A DNA stretch of 63,852 nucleotides, the filler included, from Aduncisulcus paluster (Eukaryota), in NCBI GenBank assembly GCA_024181965.1. It is 7 parts of 7 records of this genome, joined end to end, with 100 filler letters (N's around TTAATTAATTAA, not from the genome) between each part and the next. Parts side by side here need not be neighbours in the genome. Positions count along the whole stretch, not along the records: positions 8,610 to 17,461 come from BQXS01009692.1; positions 17,562 to 28,261 come from BQXS01009693.1; 5 more parts are not named here. One strand, 5' to 3'. Below are positions 10,121 through 22,703 of this stretch, piece after piece. The translations under genes and the position numbers were made by a program. The notes under the pieces are model-generated. The model was given only the letters and a program-made list of their open reading frames with translations. It was not told the DNA's origin and made no database searches. The stretch's first letter is position 1. Every line of letters starts with the position of its first letter.

Positions 10121-13100
10121 TTATTCCCTCCTTCTACCTGTATCAAAAAGAGAAGCAAACACAGCATCATCAAGGAGCTGTGCGCGTTGGTGACGATCTG
10201 GGAATATCCGCTTCAAGACTCTTCGTCCCAAAAGCTTGATATCTTCGTCTTCAGGGTGTCTTTGAACCAAAATACGAACCATAGATGGAACGCAAACGGC
10301 AATCAGATCTTGTGCATTCGCTGTATCGCCTGCAAGCTGGTACAACACAGCGAGACATTCTTTAGCAACTCGTGGGGAAGCGTGGGTTCTTGCCACGAGA
10401 ACGACAGCCATGTGAACATTGAATTCTTGCACCAGTTGTCTCCTACTCCCTCTGACGGCTGCAAGGAAAGACAGGGCACTCACAGCCACGGTGCTGACAA
10501 GTTGATTGGACAGGAAATTCTCAACAACGGTGGCAAGAGGAGCACAGGCACCAAGAGAAATGCAAGACACTCTATTTGGTGGGTGTGAACACATCCTCAC
10601 CATCAGTTTACACCCACGACGTAGTATTTGTTGCTCATGGGGATGTTGCTTAAGAATCCTCACAATAAAAGAACATATTCCATCGTCTGCAATAACAAAG
10701 GCTTCGGTGCTCACTATATTCAGCAAGAGAGCAAGAACATCAAGGATCATCTCCTTATCTTTTTCATAATGAACAACACAATACATTACTGCTTTCACGA
10801 CTCCTTCCACTTGGCAAGTTTCATGGGTTTCTTTCTCGACAGTGAAATTCCACAAGACTCGAACACTCTCCAGAACACTCTCTCTATCATCGCTCTGACG
10901 CCTTAGAACATTACATACACAGCGGACACCGCCTTTCTCACACAGTTCGATACGTGTACTCCTAGCTGCAGTGACGGTCCATAGCACCCGCATACTCTCA
11001 CGGACGACAGGAAGGGTATGAAGTTCAATGTGAGTGGATAGAAGGTTTATCATGCTTTCTCCAGTGCCTCCCTCATGCAAAAGGGTTCTATTTCCAGCAC
11101 AAGCACCAATAGTATAAATGGCACTCAGAGCAGACACTGTCACATCGGGATTGCTGTGATGATACACATCAACAACCCGAAGGAGATGACGATGGAGCTT
11201 CAAATCTCCAAGTCTCTGTCTGTTTTCAGCAGCAGCTCCAAGATTCCAGACACATAAACAGGCGTCTTTGCACACAAATGGATTCTGGTAGTGTTCACGA
11301 AGAACTTCAACGAGTTTATCGGCCATTCCATCTGCTAGAAGCGGTCCACGATTGATTCCAGCACCGGCCATACTCCATAGACCACGCAAAGCAGCACACA
11401 GAGCCTCTGGGATGCGAATATGGATAGATACTGCATTCAACAGGAGGGTTCCAAGTCCCTCGTTGTATAGAACTCCTCTGATATCGGTGTATGCCCCAAG
11501 GTTTGCAACACAAGACATTGCTACCATGGCTATTTCCTTCACTTTGATGTAAGTATGGAGGGTTCTGGAAAGCATCGAAACAACGCCACACTCATGCAAG
11601 AAGGGCAAGGCCTCAGTCAGAGATGTCATGACAGCAACAATATCAGTTGCAAGTTTCACGATCTTTGGATTATCGTTCCACTTCTTTGCAACAGTCAGCA
11701 CAAATCGAATCGTTCCATCGGCAAGGACATGGCGTAGTGTGTCTGGATTAAGACAGAAATTATACACGGCACTCAAGACTTCAATGCACACCTCGGCGTT
11801 GTGCCTCATCCTCCTTCCAACTCCTGCTACAGATGAGAGGAGACCACTAGAGTACAGGGCAGGGCGAGCTGTTGGTTCCATCGTAAGAACGACAGCCACA
11901 CTCACAGCTGCACGCAGGACTTGAGGTTCATGATGCTGAGCAAGAAGTCTCTGGATGAATCGACCAGTTCCGACCTCAGCAAGACCAATACGAGTGTCCC
12001 CAAGCATTCCAATTGAGAAGAGAGTGTTACAAACTGTGCAGACAATCTCACTCTTCTTCACCCACCTGTTTCCACAGCTAAGCAAGAACGGAACTGCTTC
12101 TGCATTATACATGGGTCTTCTTGCCAACTCGTGACGACTCAGTTCCTCAAGGATCTGACAAGACGACAGAGCGACCCCTTCGTCCTGCATATACCGCTTT
12201 GTGGTCACATTCAATATAGCTGGAACTCCGCTGTTCGCAACGATGGGACACACCAATATGTTGGAACAGAGCCGCACAAGCACACGCAAATAATTGTACA
12301 CCTGTATTGGAGTTAGAGAGAAGTCGATACACACAGCGACAACCTCAATCACCCCGACGGAGAGGACGTCAAGTTCCTTGGAGTGAGTGGTTGTCGTGGC
12401 TGCGAATGTAACGAGATGATCAATCATTCGACTGGCTCGCTGAACAAATTCTTCACCGGCGAACCCACACACTCGAACGACTTTGGCGAGCATGGTGGCC
12501 TTGGCAGCTTCAAACATAACGCTTTGGGTCATGGGAAGAACAAATAGCNNNNNNNNNNNNNNNNNNNNGAGTGAGTGGTTGTCGTGGCTGCGAATGTAAC
12601 GAGATGATCAATCATTCGACTGGCTCGCTGAACAAATTCTTCACCGGCGAACCCACACACTCGAACGACTTTGGCGAGCATGGTGGCCTTGGCAGCTTCA
12701 AACATAACGCTTTGGGTCATGGGAAGAACAAATAGCTTGTTAAGGATGGCGTTACCTTGAATTTCATCAGCAGAGAACTCAACAACATTCTTGGCGAGCT
12801 TACGAATGGCAGTCGAGGTGCTGGTGAGACTTGCGTGTGGATCTTCACGATATTGTGCAGGGATCTTGGCCAAAAAGCTGATAATTTCCTTGTTAAACGA
12901 GGCGGCATTTGAGGAGGATGCCGAAGAACCAGAAGAAGTGACAGAGGAGACAGATGCACCCGAAGAAGTGAGGTTTCCAGATCCTGAGAAACTCTTTTCA
13001 CTTCTGTCACTCTTCAATTTCTTCGAGTGGGCACGCGGACGGACTCCAAACTCCCGTTCACTTTCCCTCGTGTCACTCTTGCTCAGCTGAAGGGGGAGTA

Positions 13101-15072
13101 CCTTGTCCAATGCGTTGAGACAGGCTCCAGCCATTCCATGCGCAATCACTTCGTCCATTCCCTTGGAAGTGGAACTGGCAGAGGCGATGGGTCCTGATCC
13201 CAGTGCGCCAACGAGAGAATCATTGAAACTAAGGTCTTGGACAGACGATGGATGGTCACTGCTGATGATATCTATTCCATGGGGTGTGTGGGAGAGCTCA
13301 GTGTCTGTCTGGGAATGTCCTGCAATGCGTGTTTGCAGTTCAAAGTGAAGAGAAGAAGAAGTGGAGCATGTAGTAACTAACTTATGTAAACGAATACTAG
13401 CATCATACACAGACATTCTTAAACGAGTGTCTGAGTGGGTGAGACCATTGAAAATCTCGATAAGGGAATTATACGACTCTTTATCAAGGTTATCAAGAAG
13501 AGCAACTCCTTCCAGAGTTGGGCATTCTCCACGCTCGTGAAGACGACTAACACAGTTCAACAGCATGTGACTGGTATTGCCTTGTGGTTTTCCTTTCTTC
13601 TTGCGGAGGATCTTGACGACTTCAGGATGCTTTAAAAAGGGGGCTGAACCGGTGAGAATAGCCCATATGGACAGACCAAGGGAGAATGCATCGCCAGATC
13701 GAGTGGGAGTCCTGGATCTTAGGACCTCTGGGGAAGCGTAAACCACGGTAAGACCGAAACGTTGCTTGCGTTTGGGTGCTTCTGAAGGAGTCGAGGTTGA
13801 TGCCGATTGTATTTGTTTGGAACTGCGTTGGCTGTCAGTAATTATTTGTGCTGACGATTCTTGTTTCTTTTCGATGGTTTCCGAGGTATTCGTTGCATCT
13901 ACATCGAAGCCACTCATTTGCTCGATGACAGTGACATCCCCACACTCATACAATTCAGACTCGGAGCATACGGAATATGAATATGTTTTCGAATGGTCAA
14001 GAGTCTCCTCCGTGAGGGAAGGGTCTTTGGAAGCAGATGGGTCACTCGTACCACTGTCTGTCTTTGGACTTGAGGAAGGTTTGACAGGTCTGTCGCTGTC
14101 TAATCGAAACGAAGAAGGATCACGGGTTGAAAGATGAGGTTGAATTGAAGGATCTTCGGGACACATACGATCTTCGCCGGAGGGGGTCGAATGGTGGTGA
14201 TCATGCTTTGAGGCTTCGGAATGATGACGTTTGGTTCGTTTTTTGATTACATTGTGAGGTTCTTGTTTGAGAATTGAGAGAGAAAAACTCCTGGAATTGC
14301 TTGAAGGAGATGGAGAACGAGATGAAGTGGGTGACGGTTTGGTGGAGGACTTAGTCGATGTGGAATAACTAGATCCTGAAGAATGAGAGGACGGAAGGGT
14401 GCTTGTTGAGTCTTTTAGCGAATTGGAATCAAGGATGGTGGGTAGATCGGAGGTATCTTCGATGGTATGAATAGTATCGAGGTCAGATGACATTCCAAAA
14501 TCACTAATTGCAACATCGAAATCGGACCAATCAATATTTCCTTGCTTATTTCGCTTAACTCGTATTAGAAAATTTTCTGGCTTTACATCACCATGAATAA
14601 GATTTTTTTCGGCAATATGAATAGCATTTAATGCACGAGCCATTCCTAAACATAATTTTAATAAAATAACTACATTATCAGCAAAGCGAATTGAGAGTTC
14701 AACGGCATCACATTCGAACAATTCCATTATGAAGCCATATGTTCTCTTTTCCAACGATTTGTGGTCTAATGTGTTTAAAATTTTTATAGGTCTTGGAATA
14801 AATGATTGAGAAATTGGATTTAAGTAGAGAGAAAGGAGATTTGCAAATTCACATTCAAAATCAGAAATTAACTGTTGTAGAGCCTTTTCATTGGGTGGGG
14901 ATCTTCCTCCGAACTTGGATGTTTCGATCATTTTCACGCAAACATCAAGACCATTGTATTTAGCCTTATATACCACACCCTGGCCACCTTTACATAATAC
15001 TTTAACAATTTTGATATCTCGCCATCCAATCACGAGTCTCCCAATCATTTTGGAGATTCCTACCGACTGCAT
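10121..15072 (-). CDS. Ser/Thr-type protein kinase with C-terminal armadillo-repeat array (1587 aa after removing the gap duplication)
   Basis: GGQGVVY, VCVK, HGDVKPEN, DFG, YASPE, DAFSLG, followed by ~42-aa ARM-like repeats. 12381-12548 is repeated at 12569-12736 around a 20-N gap; removing 188 nt fuses the two ORFs in frame. Confidence 0.85.
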
Positions 15073-15310
15073 GTGTGATATATGAACTCAAATTAGGGGA
15101 AAATAATGGGTTGATTGGATCAGCCCTTTTCACTGATATGTAGTGAAATTTATGTTATATTTGGATTCTAAATGTAATAATCCATAAAATTATGATTTTT
15201 ATTGGTGTATTTATTTATTTTACTCCTAAACCCTCGATTTCACCGGTCCGCCCATACGACAGTTTGGCAAGTACTCTTTTGCTCGTGTAAGATATTCTAT
15301 CTCTATTCAA

Positions 15311-16372
15311 ATGAGTTCATCTACAGATGGTGTTATTCAAACTGTGGAACCTGAGTTTGTTCATAGAGGAGATAACGATTGCTGTCCAATATCTCGAGAT
15401 GCTCCCAATATTAAGAGTGCAGAGTTTCCAACTATCAAAGCAATACGTAAAGAAGGTGATATAAAGTACGATCAGAGCTCTAATGCACAGAAGATGATGA
15501 AAGGAGAGAGCAATAGTGGAGATTTTACCCATATCTCCATTCCTTTCTCTTCCTCTTCCCCAATGAAAGGCGCTTATGTCTGTCTATATGGTGGTTATTC
15601 GCCTCCATCACACCTTATTTTCACTCTCACATCTTCAAAGGGTGAGAAAACATCCAAGAAATACGATTTTCCTGAATTTGAAGGTAAACATTATCATTGG
15701 TATTTCCTTCCTGTTGATCTCCCTGATGTTGTTCTGTGTGAGATTACAGGTAAAGGAAGAAGCAAACAGTATTTTTGGATCCTCTCCCTTGTTTTCATTA
15801 GAGAAGAAACCCCCGAAGAAATCACATCTCGTGAGGCCAGAGAGAAACTATGGTCTGAAGCTCCAGTTGTGAGACCAGAGTTTGTTACGGAAGGAAATTG
15901 GGAATCTGAAGGTAGAGATTCTGTTCCCATTCCACGTGATGATCCAAAGCTTGTAGATCCTTCATCCTCAATGGTTAAGTGCAAGGATGATTCGAAGAGT
16001 AAGGAATCTGTGAAGTATGATCTGAGTTCAAGAGCACAAGCAATGTTAATAGGGGAAGATTATGTTTTCTTATCACATCTTTCCATCCCTTTCACATCAC
16101 CTAGTCCAATGAAAGGTGCTTATATCTGTGTGGGTAAGAAATATAGTTCTCCCTCTCTTCTATTCACTTTCACTGATTGTGATGGTAAGAAGACATTCAA
16201 GAAGTATGAATTCACAAGACCTGAAGATGAATATGAATGGCACTTCCTTCCTATTGATTTGGATAACGTTGTATTGTGTGAGATTGAAGGGAAAGGAACT
16301 TGGTTTGATAAGAATAATCGATATTTCTTTATTTACTCCCTCGTATTTACTATGCCAGAGCATTGCAGTTGA
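15311..16372 (+). CDS. Intronless protein with two tandem copies of the lineage-specific domain
   Basis: Two internal repeats (FTHISIPFSSSSPMKGAYVC / LSHLSIPFTSPSPMKGAYIC; WYFLPVDLPDVVLCEITGKG / WHFLPIDLDNVVLCEIEGKG). Confidence 0.85.
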   Translation: MSSSTDGVIQTVEPEFVHRGDNDCCPISRDAPNIKSAEFPTIKAIRKEGDIKYDQSSNAQKMMKGESNSGDFTHISIPFSSSSPMKGAYVCLYGGYSPPSHLIFTLTSSKGEKTSKKYDFPEFEGKHYHWYFLPVDLPDVVLCEITGKGRSKQYFWILSLVFIREETPEEITSREAREKLWSEAPVVRPEFVTEGNWESEGRDSVPIPRDDPKLVDPSSSMVKCKDDSKSKESVKYDLSSRAQAMLIGEDYVFLSHLSIPFTSPSPMKGAYICVGKKYSSPSLLFTFTDCDGKKTFKKYEFTRPEDEYEWHFLPIDLDNVVLCEIEGKGTWFDKNNRYFFIYSLVFTMPEHCS

Positions 16373-16539
16373 ACGGTTATCTCTCCTGGACGGGCGAAAT
16401 TACTCCGTTTAAACTATTAGTAATAGAGGTGAAAAAAGGAGGAATACAACTTGAGGGCATCAAGTAAAATGTTCATAGTAAGTTACTATTAGTAACTATC
16501 ATAGTTGGATTTATTTTCAAAAACTTACTTTTTCACGTC

Positions 16540-17461
16540 CTATTTTTTCTTTCCAGCTGGTTCTTTGCTGGCAGCTTTCTTGGATAATTCTTCAGCCTTC
16601 TTTCTGGCCATTTGATCGAGTTTGAAGGTGATTAAATTACACATTTTCATGTAGGCCAAGAAAATCTTTCTGAAAATAGCATTTATAGGGCCAAATATCA
16701 AAGCTGTATGGCGAGGGAAGATGATTTTAAACATAAATCTCGCGGCAAGAACGTAATAGTAAATTGTAACAAGAACCATGGGTTTTCCGATCAAGGCTTC
16801 TCCACCAAATGGAACAACGGTCAAAATGTATGCCAATCCCATCATCCAGGCAGTGTGAGTGATCTGGTAGTGATCAGCGACGCAGTTAACATCACACAAA
16901 CCAGCTGGAGGAGTGACACGCTTTCCAATCAAAGATTCCACGTGGCGCATTATGTCTAACCCAGAGGCAATAGCCACAGAACAACCGAGGATCACAATAA
17001 GGATAGCAATATGATCAGAAACGGTACAATCAAGGACATCCTTACCCCAAGCAGCAAAGATAGCTTTGGCAATACGGAGAGGAGTTGAAGCAAGAAGACC
17101 GGCTCTCAAAGCAACAACAAAAACAAGCATAATGTTGGGAAGTCTCTTAATATTATCTAACATTCTGTACACGACATCACCAGGAAGAAGGTAAATACTC
17201 ACAAATCCAGCAATGTGGACTAATACTCCGCGAGGATTGGCAAGGAATGGCAAGCTAGCAGTGGGAAGAATTATGGCAAGAATAAATCCGACGGCATTGC
17301 CTTCAGGCATATATAAATTATATAGAATGGTAGGAAAGAGAAAACTCAATGAGAGGAATAAAAAGAATATGGAAATGGATTTGAAAATAATAAGGAAACA
17401 TACAAAAGAGATATGACCAAAATAAACAATAAAGCCAATTTAAGTTCGATTCATGACTCTT
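16540..17461 (-). CDS. TRIC/TMEM38-like multi-pass membrane protein (5'-partial); intron 17301-17403
   Basis: Splicing GTATGT(17403)...AAG(17301) gives WLYCLFWSYLFCNAVGFILAIILPTASLPFLANPRGVL...LPGDVV, which resembles TRIC CFGGGILSCLL..KFLAN..CPHDLV. Several TM helices and a basic C-tail. Confidence 0.55.
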
Positions 17462-17561
17462 NNNNNNNNNNNNNNNNNNNNNNNNNNNNNNNNNNNNNNN
17501 NNNNNTTAATTAATTAANNNNNNNNNNNNNNNNNNNNNNNNNNNNNNNNNNNNNNNNNNNN

Positions 17562-20500
17562 GAGAAGACAGAGAGAAGACGAAGAGAGGAGAAAAGAAGA
17601 AGAGAGGAGAATGGAAGAGCAAAGAATTGAAGAAGAGAGGAGGAGAGAGGAAGAGAGAAGAATGGAAGAAGAACGCATTCGGGAGGAAGAGAGAAGGAGA
17701 GAAGAAGAAATCATCATGATGAGAAGAGAGAAAGAGAGAGAAAGGAGAGAGTTGATTCAAAAGGAAAGAGAACGACGTGAAATGCAACGTCTCCTTGAAG
17801 AAATCAAAGCTGAGATGATGTTACCTGCTGGTGCCATTGATATCCATCCAACTATTCCACCCTCCTCTTCCACTAGTGGTTCTTCCTCTTCTTCGATTCA
17901 AGGGTCTCATGGAAAATTCTCTTCTTTGAGTGGCTACACTAATGTGATTTCACAAGTCCCTCAGTATTCTTCATTGTCTGTCCTCAGAGATATTGATAGT
18001 GAGAAACACTACATGTCAGCTAAATCGTCAGCCAGCTATGTGCCACAAGTGAGTGAGTCGACATTACTCAGTGACACAGCTAGATTAGCACAACAAAAAC
18101 ACGGTAAAAAGAAGAACCTTGACAAAGGCAAGAAAGGTTCTCCTCTCCGAGATAAACTCAAGTCAAGGAGGATGAGAGAAGGAAGAGTTGGATCCTCGAC
18201 AGACGATTCTTTTGAATCCTTCTTCACTCTTTTGATAAGTGGAGATGATATGGAACACATTGTCGAGTTACCACATAAGGATGATAAGTCCAAACCAATT
18301 ATCGATTATTCATCTTCCCAACCCTCTTCTTCTTCTTCTTATTCTTCCTCGTATGCTGAAATTAAGCAACAAGAGAAGAAGAGAGAGAAGAAGAGAGAGA
18401 AGAAGAGCGAGCAAGATCAACGATCCACTCAAAACATCATAGGGAGTAATTCAGAGTTAGTAACTGACATTGATATAGGAACAAGTAAGGTTACGCAGAA
18501 GATCGATGATTCAGATTCTAATGAAGATATACCTTCTGTCCAGGATAAACCAATCAATACAACAGAGATTGCATATCATCCTGGCTCTGATAATTATGAT
18601 GATAAATATGAAAGAAAGGATGAAGCTCCTGCCCAATTACCTGAGTTTTCAACCGATGGGAGCAGTACTCAAATATTTGACACGACTGTATCAAAGAAAT
18701 CCACGATTGATCATGCCACATGGGAAAAGAAGACCCCATCCACAAATCCAACAGATTATGATTTTACTTCAAGTTCCACACTTAATCGTTCAATAACAAT
18801 ACCTTCCAAACCAAAGAAGCAACCAACTCGTCCAATTTCAGTCCTTATCAGACCACCGCAGAGGCCTTCTCATGTGATTGGAGAGAAAGAGAAAGAGAAA
18901 GGTGGAACAACAAATGGTGATGATAGCGAAATAATTTATAATAATAGCAGAAATTCAACTTCTCTTGGAATACTACCAAGTGGTGGTATAAAAATAGAAT
19001 CGGTTTCTGAAATGTTCGAACAACTAGAGAATTCTGATCAAGATGAACCAATTATCGTGTCGAAACCCGTGAAACTGGATAAATTTTTTGAACAGCTTGA
19101 AAATAATCAGAGAAAAGAAATAGAGAAAAAAGAAGAGGAAGAACAAGAAGAAGAGGAGGAAGAGGAGGAAGAGGAGGAAGAGGAGGAGGAAGAAAGTACG
19201 AATGTTCTTATTAATTCCTTTTGTTTGAAAGAAGAAGAGAAGGAGAGAAAAGAGGAAGAAAAAAGGAAAGAAGAAGAGAGAGGAAGAAGAAAAACGAAGA
19301 ATATTAGAAAAAGAGATTCAGGCTCACTCTCAGGTTGACCGTCAAATTCCCTTCGATTCCTCTTCTCTCTATGATAACACTCGACCTCCGTATGATTTTG
19401 AATCATGTCCAGCCACCTCTTACTCTGAATTGGCTCAAAGCTCCATCATTCAGAACATTTCAACAGATTCAATACTTGTATTATATTATGATGGTATTCA
19501 TGAGGAACATGATGATAAGACACCTGTGAAACCGCACAAAATATCGATCCTCAAAGATTCTGATTCTTCTAAAAATAGAACAAAACCAAAGAAAGATGTT
19601 GTCCAGGACATTCACACCACAGCCGATGACCACACTGAGACTATTTCTGTCTCCACTAATATTGGGTCGATGGGAACAACTTCTGTGACGCTATCAAGAA
19701 CTGAGAGTCCTCGATCCTCCCCAGTTCACACTTCGTCTGAAAGCGACGTTTCGAATGAGTATGAAGGCTCTGGGAGATCTGATTCAATGAGTGATCGAAG
19801 CATTCCATCTCCTATTCCTCCTTCCTCTCTGGCTTATAAACGGTCCACACGTTCTTCTTCCCCTCCACCCATCTCATCTACAAACCCAACACCTCCACAC
19901 CGAAGAACCCATTCCACCACCGATCTGCCAGATTCTTCAATGGAGTCCAAGGTTGGAGATGAATCGGGCACATTGTTATCTGTTCCGGAGATGCCTGCTG
20001 AGTTTGAATCAACCTTTGAGCAAGAACGACCCGATCTGAGCAATGTCCCTCAGTCAAAGAGCATTGAAAGGGATGACACAGGGGATGAAGCTTTAGTTCC
20101 GAGCATGGGAATTTCTCTCTTCACAGATAACATGCCCAGTCCATTTGGAACCTCTTCCCAATCNNNNNNNNNNNNNNNNNNNNCAACCTTTGAGCAAGAA
20201 CGACCCGATCTGAGCAATGTCCCTCAGTCAAAGAGCATTGAAAGGGATGACACAGGGGATGAAGCTTTAGTTCCGAGCATGGGAATTTCTCTCTTCACAG
20301 ATAACATGCCCAGTCCATTTGGAACCTCTTCCCAATCTAAGGATGATCCTTCACTCAATCCGAGAGATATCCATGACCATTCACATCATGGAGGTGATGA
20401 GGAAGGGACGAATTCTGGAGAAAGAGAAACCGGCAAGATAGGCAAAGATATGGCTTTACTCATGAATGATGGCAATATTGTCCAATTGGCATCTATTCAA

Positions 20501-22090
20501 TCTCCAATAGCTCTTTCCTCAAACTTCCCAGCTTCTCAAGTATCTACATCTGTTTCTCTCGAGTCCACAACTCCTGATTTTGGCGATATGTCGAGGTATC
20601 GATCATCAGACCAGCCTATTCCAAACGATGAGTCCTTCTTGATGGAGGTGGGGAGACGGGCTGAGAGAAGAGGTGAAATGATCGAAGGTGAACGAAGAAG
20701 TAGAGGCCATTCGGATAGTTCTGCTCGACACAGACCTGAGAAACTGAGTGTTCCAAAAGCAGGTGCCCTTCTTGGCAGGAGAAAACGTTCTCTCCAGGAA
20801 GAATTTGGAGTGTTATCTCCGTCTTCTCCCTTGTTTTACGACAAAAGTGGTGATAATGACAACATTGGTATCTCCCTTTTATCTCAACTTCTTCTTGATC
20901 AGACCCCAATTATGCCGCCGCCGCCGCCGCCTCCAACCGAAGGATTGTTCGGCACTGACATCTCTGCGAATGATCTAAAACCAAATCCACTCCGCTCTTT
21001 TCTTTCCCAAGAGCAAAAAACTCCCCTGATGTCGCCTATGTCTGTTGAGAGTGAAACTCAATCCTCAAGGGGTGAAATGGATGACTCTCTTACTCATATG
21101 CCAGATTCAAAGCGTGCAATGTCATCGTTTGATGCTGAATCACACGGGACTGACATTGATCATTCCGACGATGATATAGGTGATGAAGAAATTAGATTGA
21201 TTGATATGGCCACTCCACTCTCTTCTCTATCGAAGCCCTCTCTTCTTACATTCCAACAACAAGCACGCAACGCTCTCTTAGAACAGACCAAGAAGGCCCA
21301 GAGAGCTAAATGTGTTGCCTGTCTTCATGCTGGGGTGGGAGTGTGTGTCAGACGTACTAATATCTCAGCTCTGAAGGATGCTTGGCTATCAATTGCCAAG
21401 TCTGAGAAGAAAGGAATGTCCAGCGTTGCTGCCAGTTGTGTGGCCACCGCTGAGGGAATGTCTCCGATGCTTTCTCCATCTTTATCTCGTAGGGAAAAGA
21501 AACGGCTCGAGAAAGAAAGGAAAGAAAAGGAAAAGAAAGAAAAGGAGAAACGGAAGAAAGAGAGCAGGTTCGCGAACGAAGGGTCTGGATTCTCCCAAGA
21601 AGGTCAAAAGTATGGAAAAGAGATGCTTTCTCTGGCAGAGCTTCTACCACCAGCGACAACATACATTGACCCTGTCTTTAATCTTAAACTATCTTCTACA
21701 TCGACTCAGTTACGCTTGACACATCCTGATTTCTCCATTTCTTTCCAGATACCCTCTCTCTCTGATGTTCGTAGAGTCGGTGTGACCACTATTGACATTT
21801 TCTTGCGTGATGGAGGATATGTTCAATTCTCTATCGTACAACCAAAGGGTTATTTCACCCAAGATGTTGTTGCAGAGGGAATGTGTGCTTCGGTCATCGA
21901 TGGACTGCGTGTTGTGAGGGGAGAGGAAATAGCTGAAGAAGAATCATGCGCTGCAGTGTGGCTCATCGTGTCGCAGGCAATGCAGAACACTGGAATTTCA
22001 GAAGGAGACTCTTCTTCTTCTGCTCCATTGCTGATGGTCGAAAACAAACTTGCTAAAATGCTAAAGGATCGTATTATCAAAAAGGTGTAA
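17562..22090 (+). CDS. Large low-complexity/coiled-coil protein with possible C-terminal PH-like domain (5'-partial; frame break near 19280)
   Basis: E/R-rich N-terminus and S/D-rich linkers. The second ORF frame is open upstream into the E/K tract (EEKRRILEKEIQ). C-terminal LKLSS..LSDVRRVG..FSI..DGLR is PH-like. In-frame gap duplication 20010-20163. Confidence 0.6.
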
Positions 22091-22252
22091 GTTTTACAAG
22101 TTGAATTTATACTTTGCATTGAGATTATTTTATGCATATCGAAAATAATTATAAATAAAATGTTTTGAACATCTTTGTACGTGTGAATCACGAATTATCA
22201 AAATTTTATAACATAATCACAAAACAAATGAATCAAACATCAGTCTTTATAT

Positions 22253-22703
22253 TTACTCTTCCTTGACGGTATCCTTACGGTCGTAAGCACGCTTGATGGC
22301 AAAAGCCCTCTTACGGCTGTGAGCTCTAGCCCACTTCTGGTTACGAAGGAACTTTTGGCCCATCTATGGCAAGATAAATTTGAAATTTTCGAATTAGATA
22401 AGAAGAAAAACAAATTATTACAAAAAAAATGGTATAAATAAGAAAATAAGACGTAAATAAACACAATTACAATTCTTCAAAAACTATAATTAAAAGTGAA
22501 ACTATTGATGATACATACACCCTTGGTAGAAGAGAAGCGTTGGTGACGAGGCTTCTTGATACCATTCTTGTGGTTCTTGGTTGACTCGTGTCTGTAGGTT
22601 CCGTTGGCACGTTTGGGCCTAAAATACAATGAATCAGATTACAAATAAATAAAAATTAATAAGAGGATACAATAAAATCACATTTTTTAAATGTTACATA
22701 CAT
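22253..22703 (-). CDS. RPL29: 60S ribosomal protein eL29; exons 22702-22703, 22519-22618, 22253-22363 (70 aa)
   Basis: Spliced product MPKRANGTYRHESTKNHKNGIKKPRHQRFSSTKGMGQKFLRNQKWARAH matches eL29 (HRNGIKKP..KG.DPKFLRN). Two GTATGT...TAG introns. Confidence 0.92.

Noticed and set aside
19196-19231. Possible 36-nt GTACGA..AAG intron
   Set aside because: It is in frame, stop-free and much shorter than other introns, and it does not fix the nearby frame break. Undecidable without RNA data.
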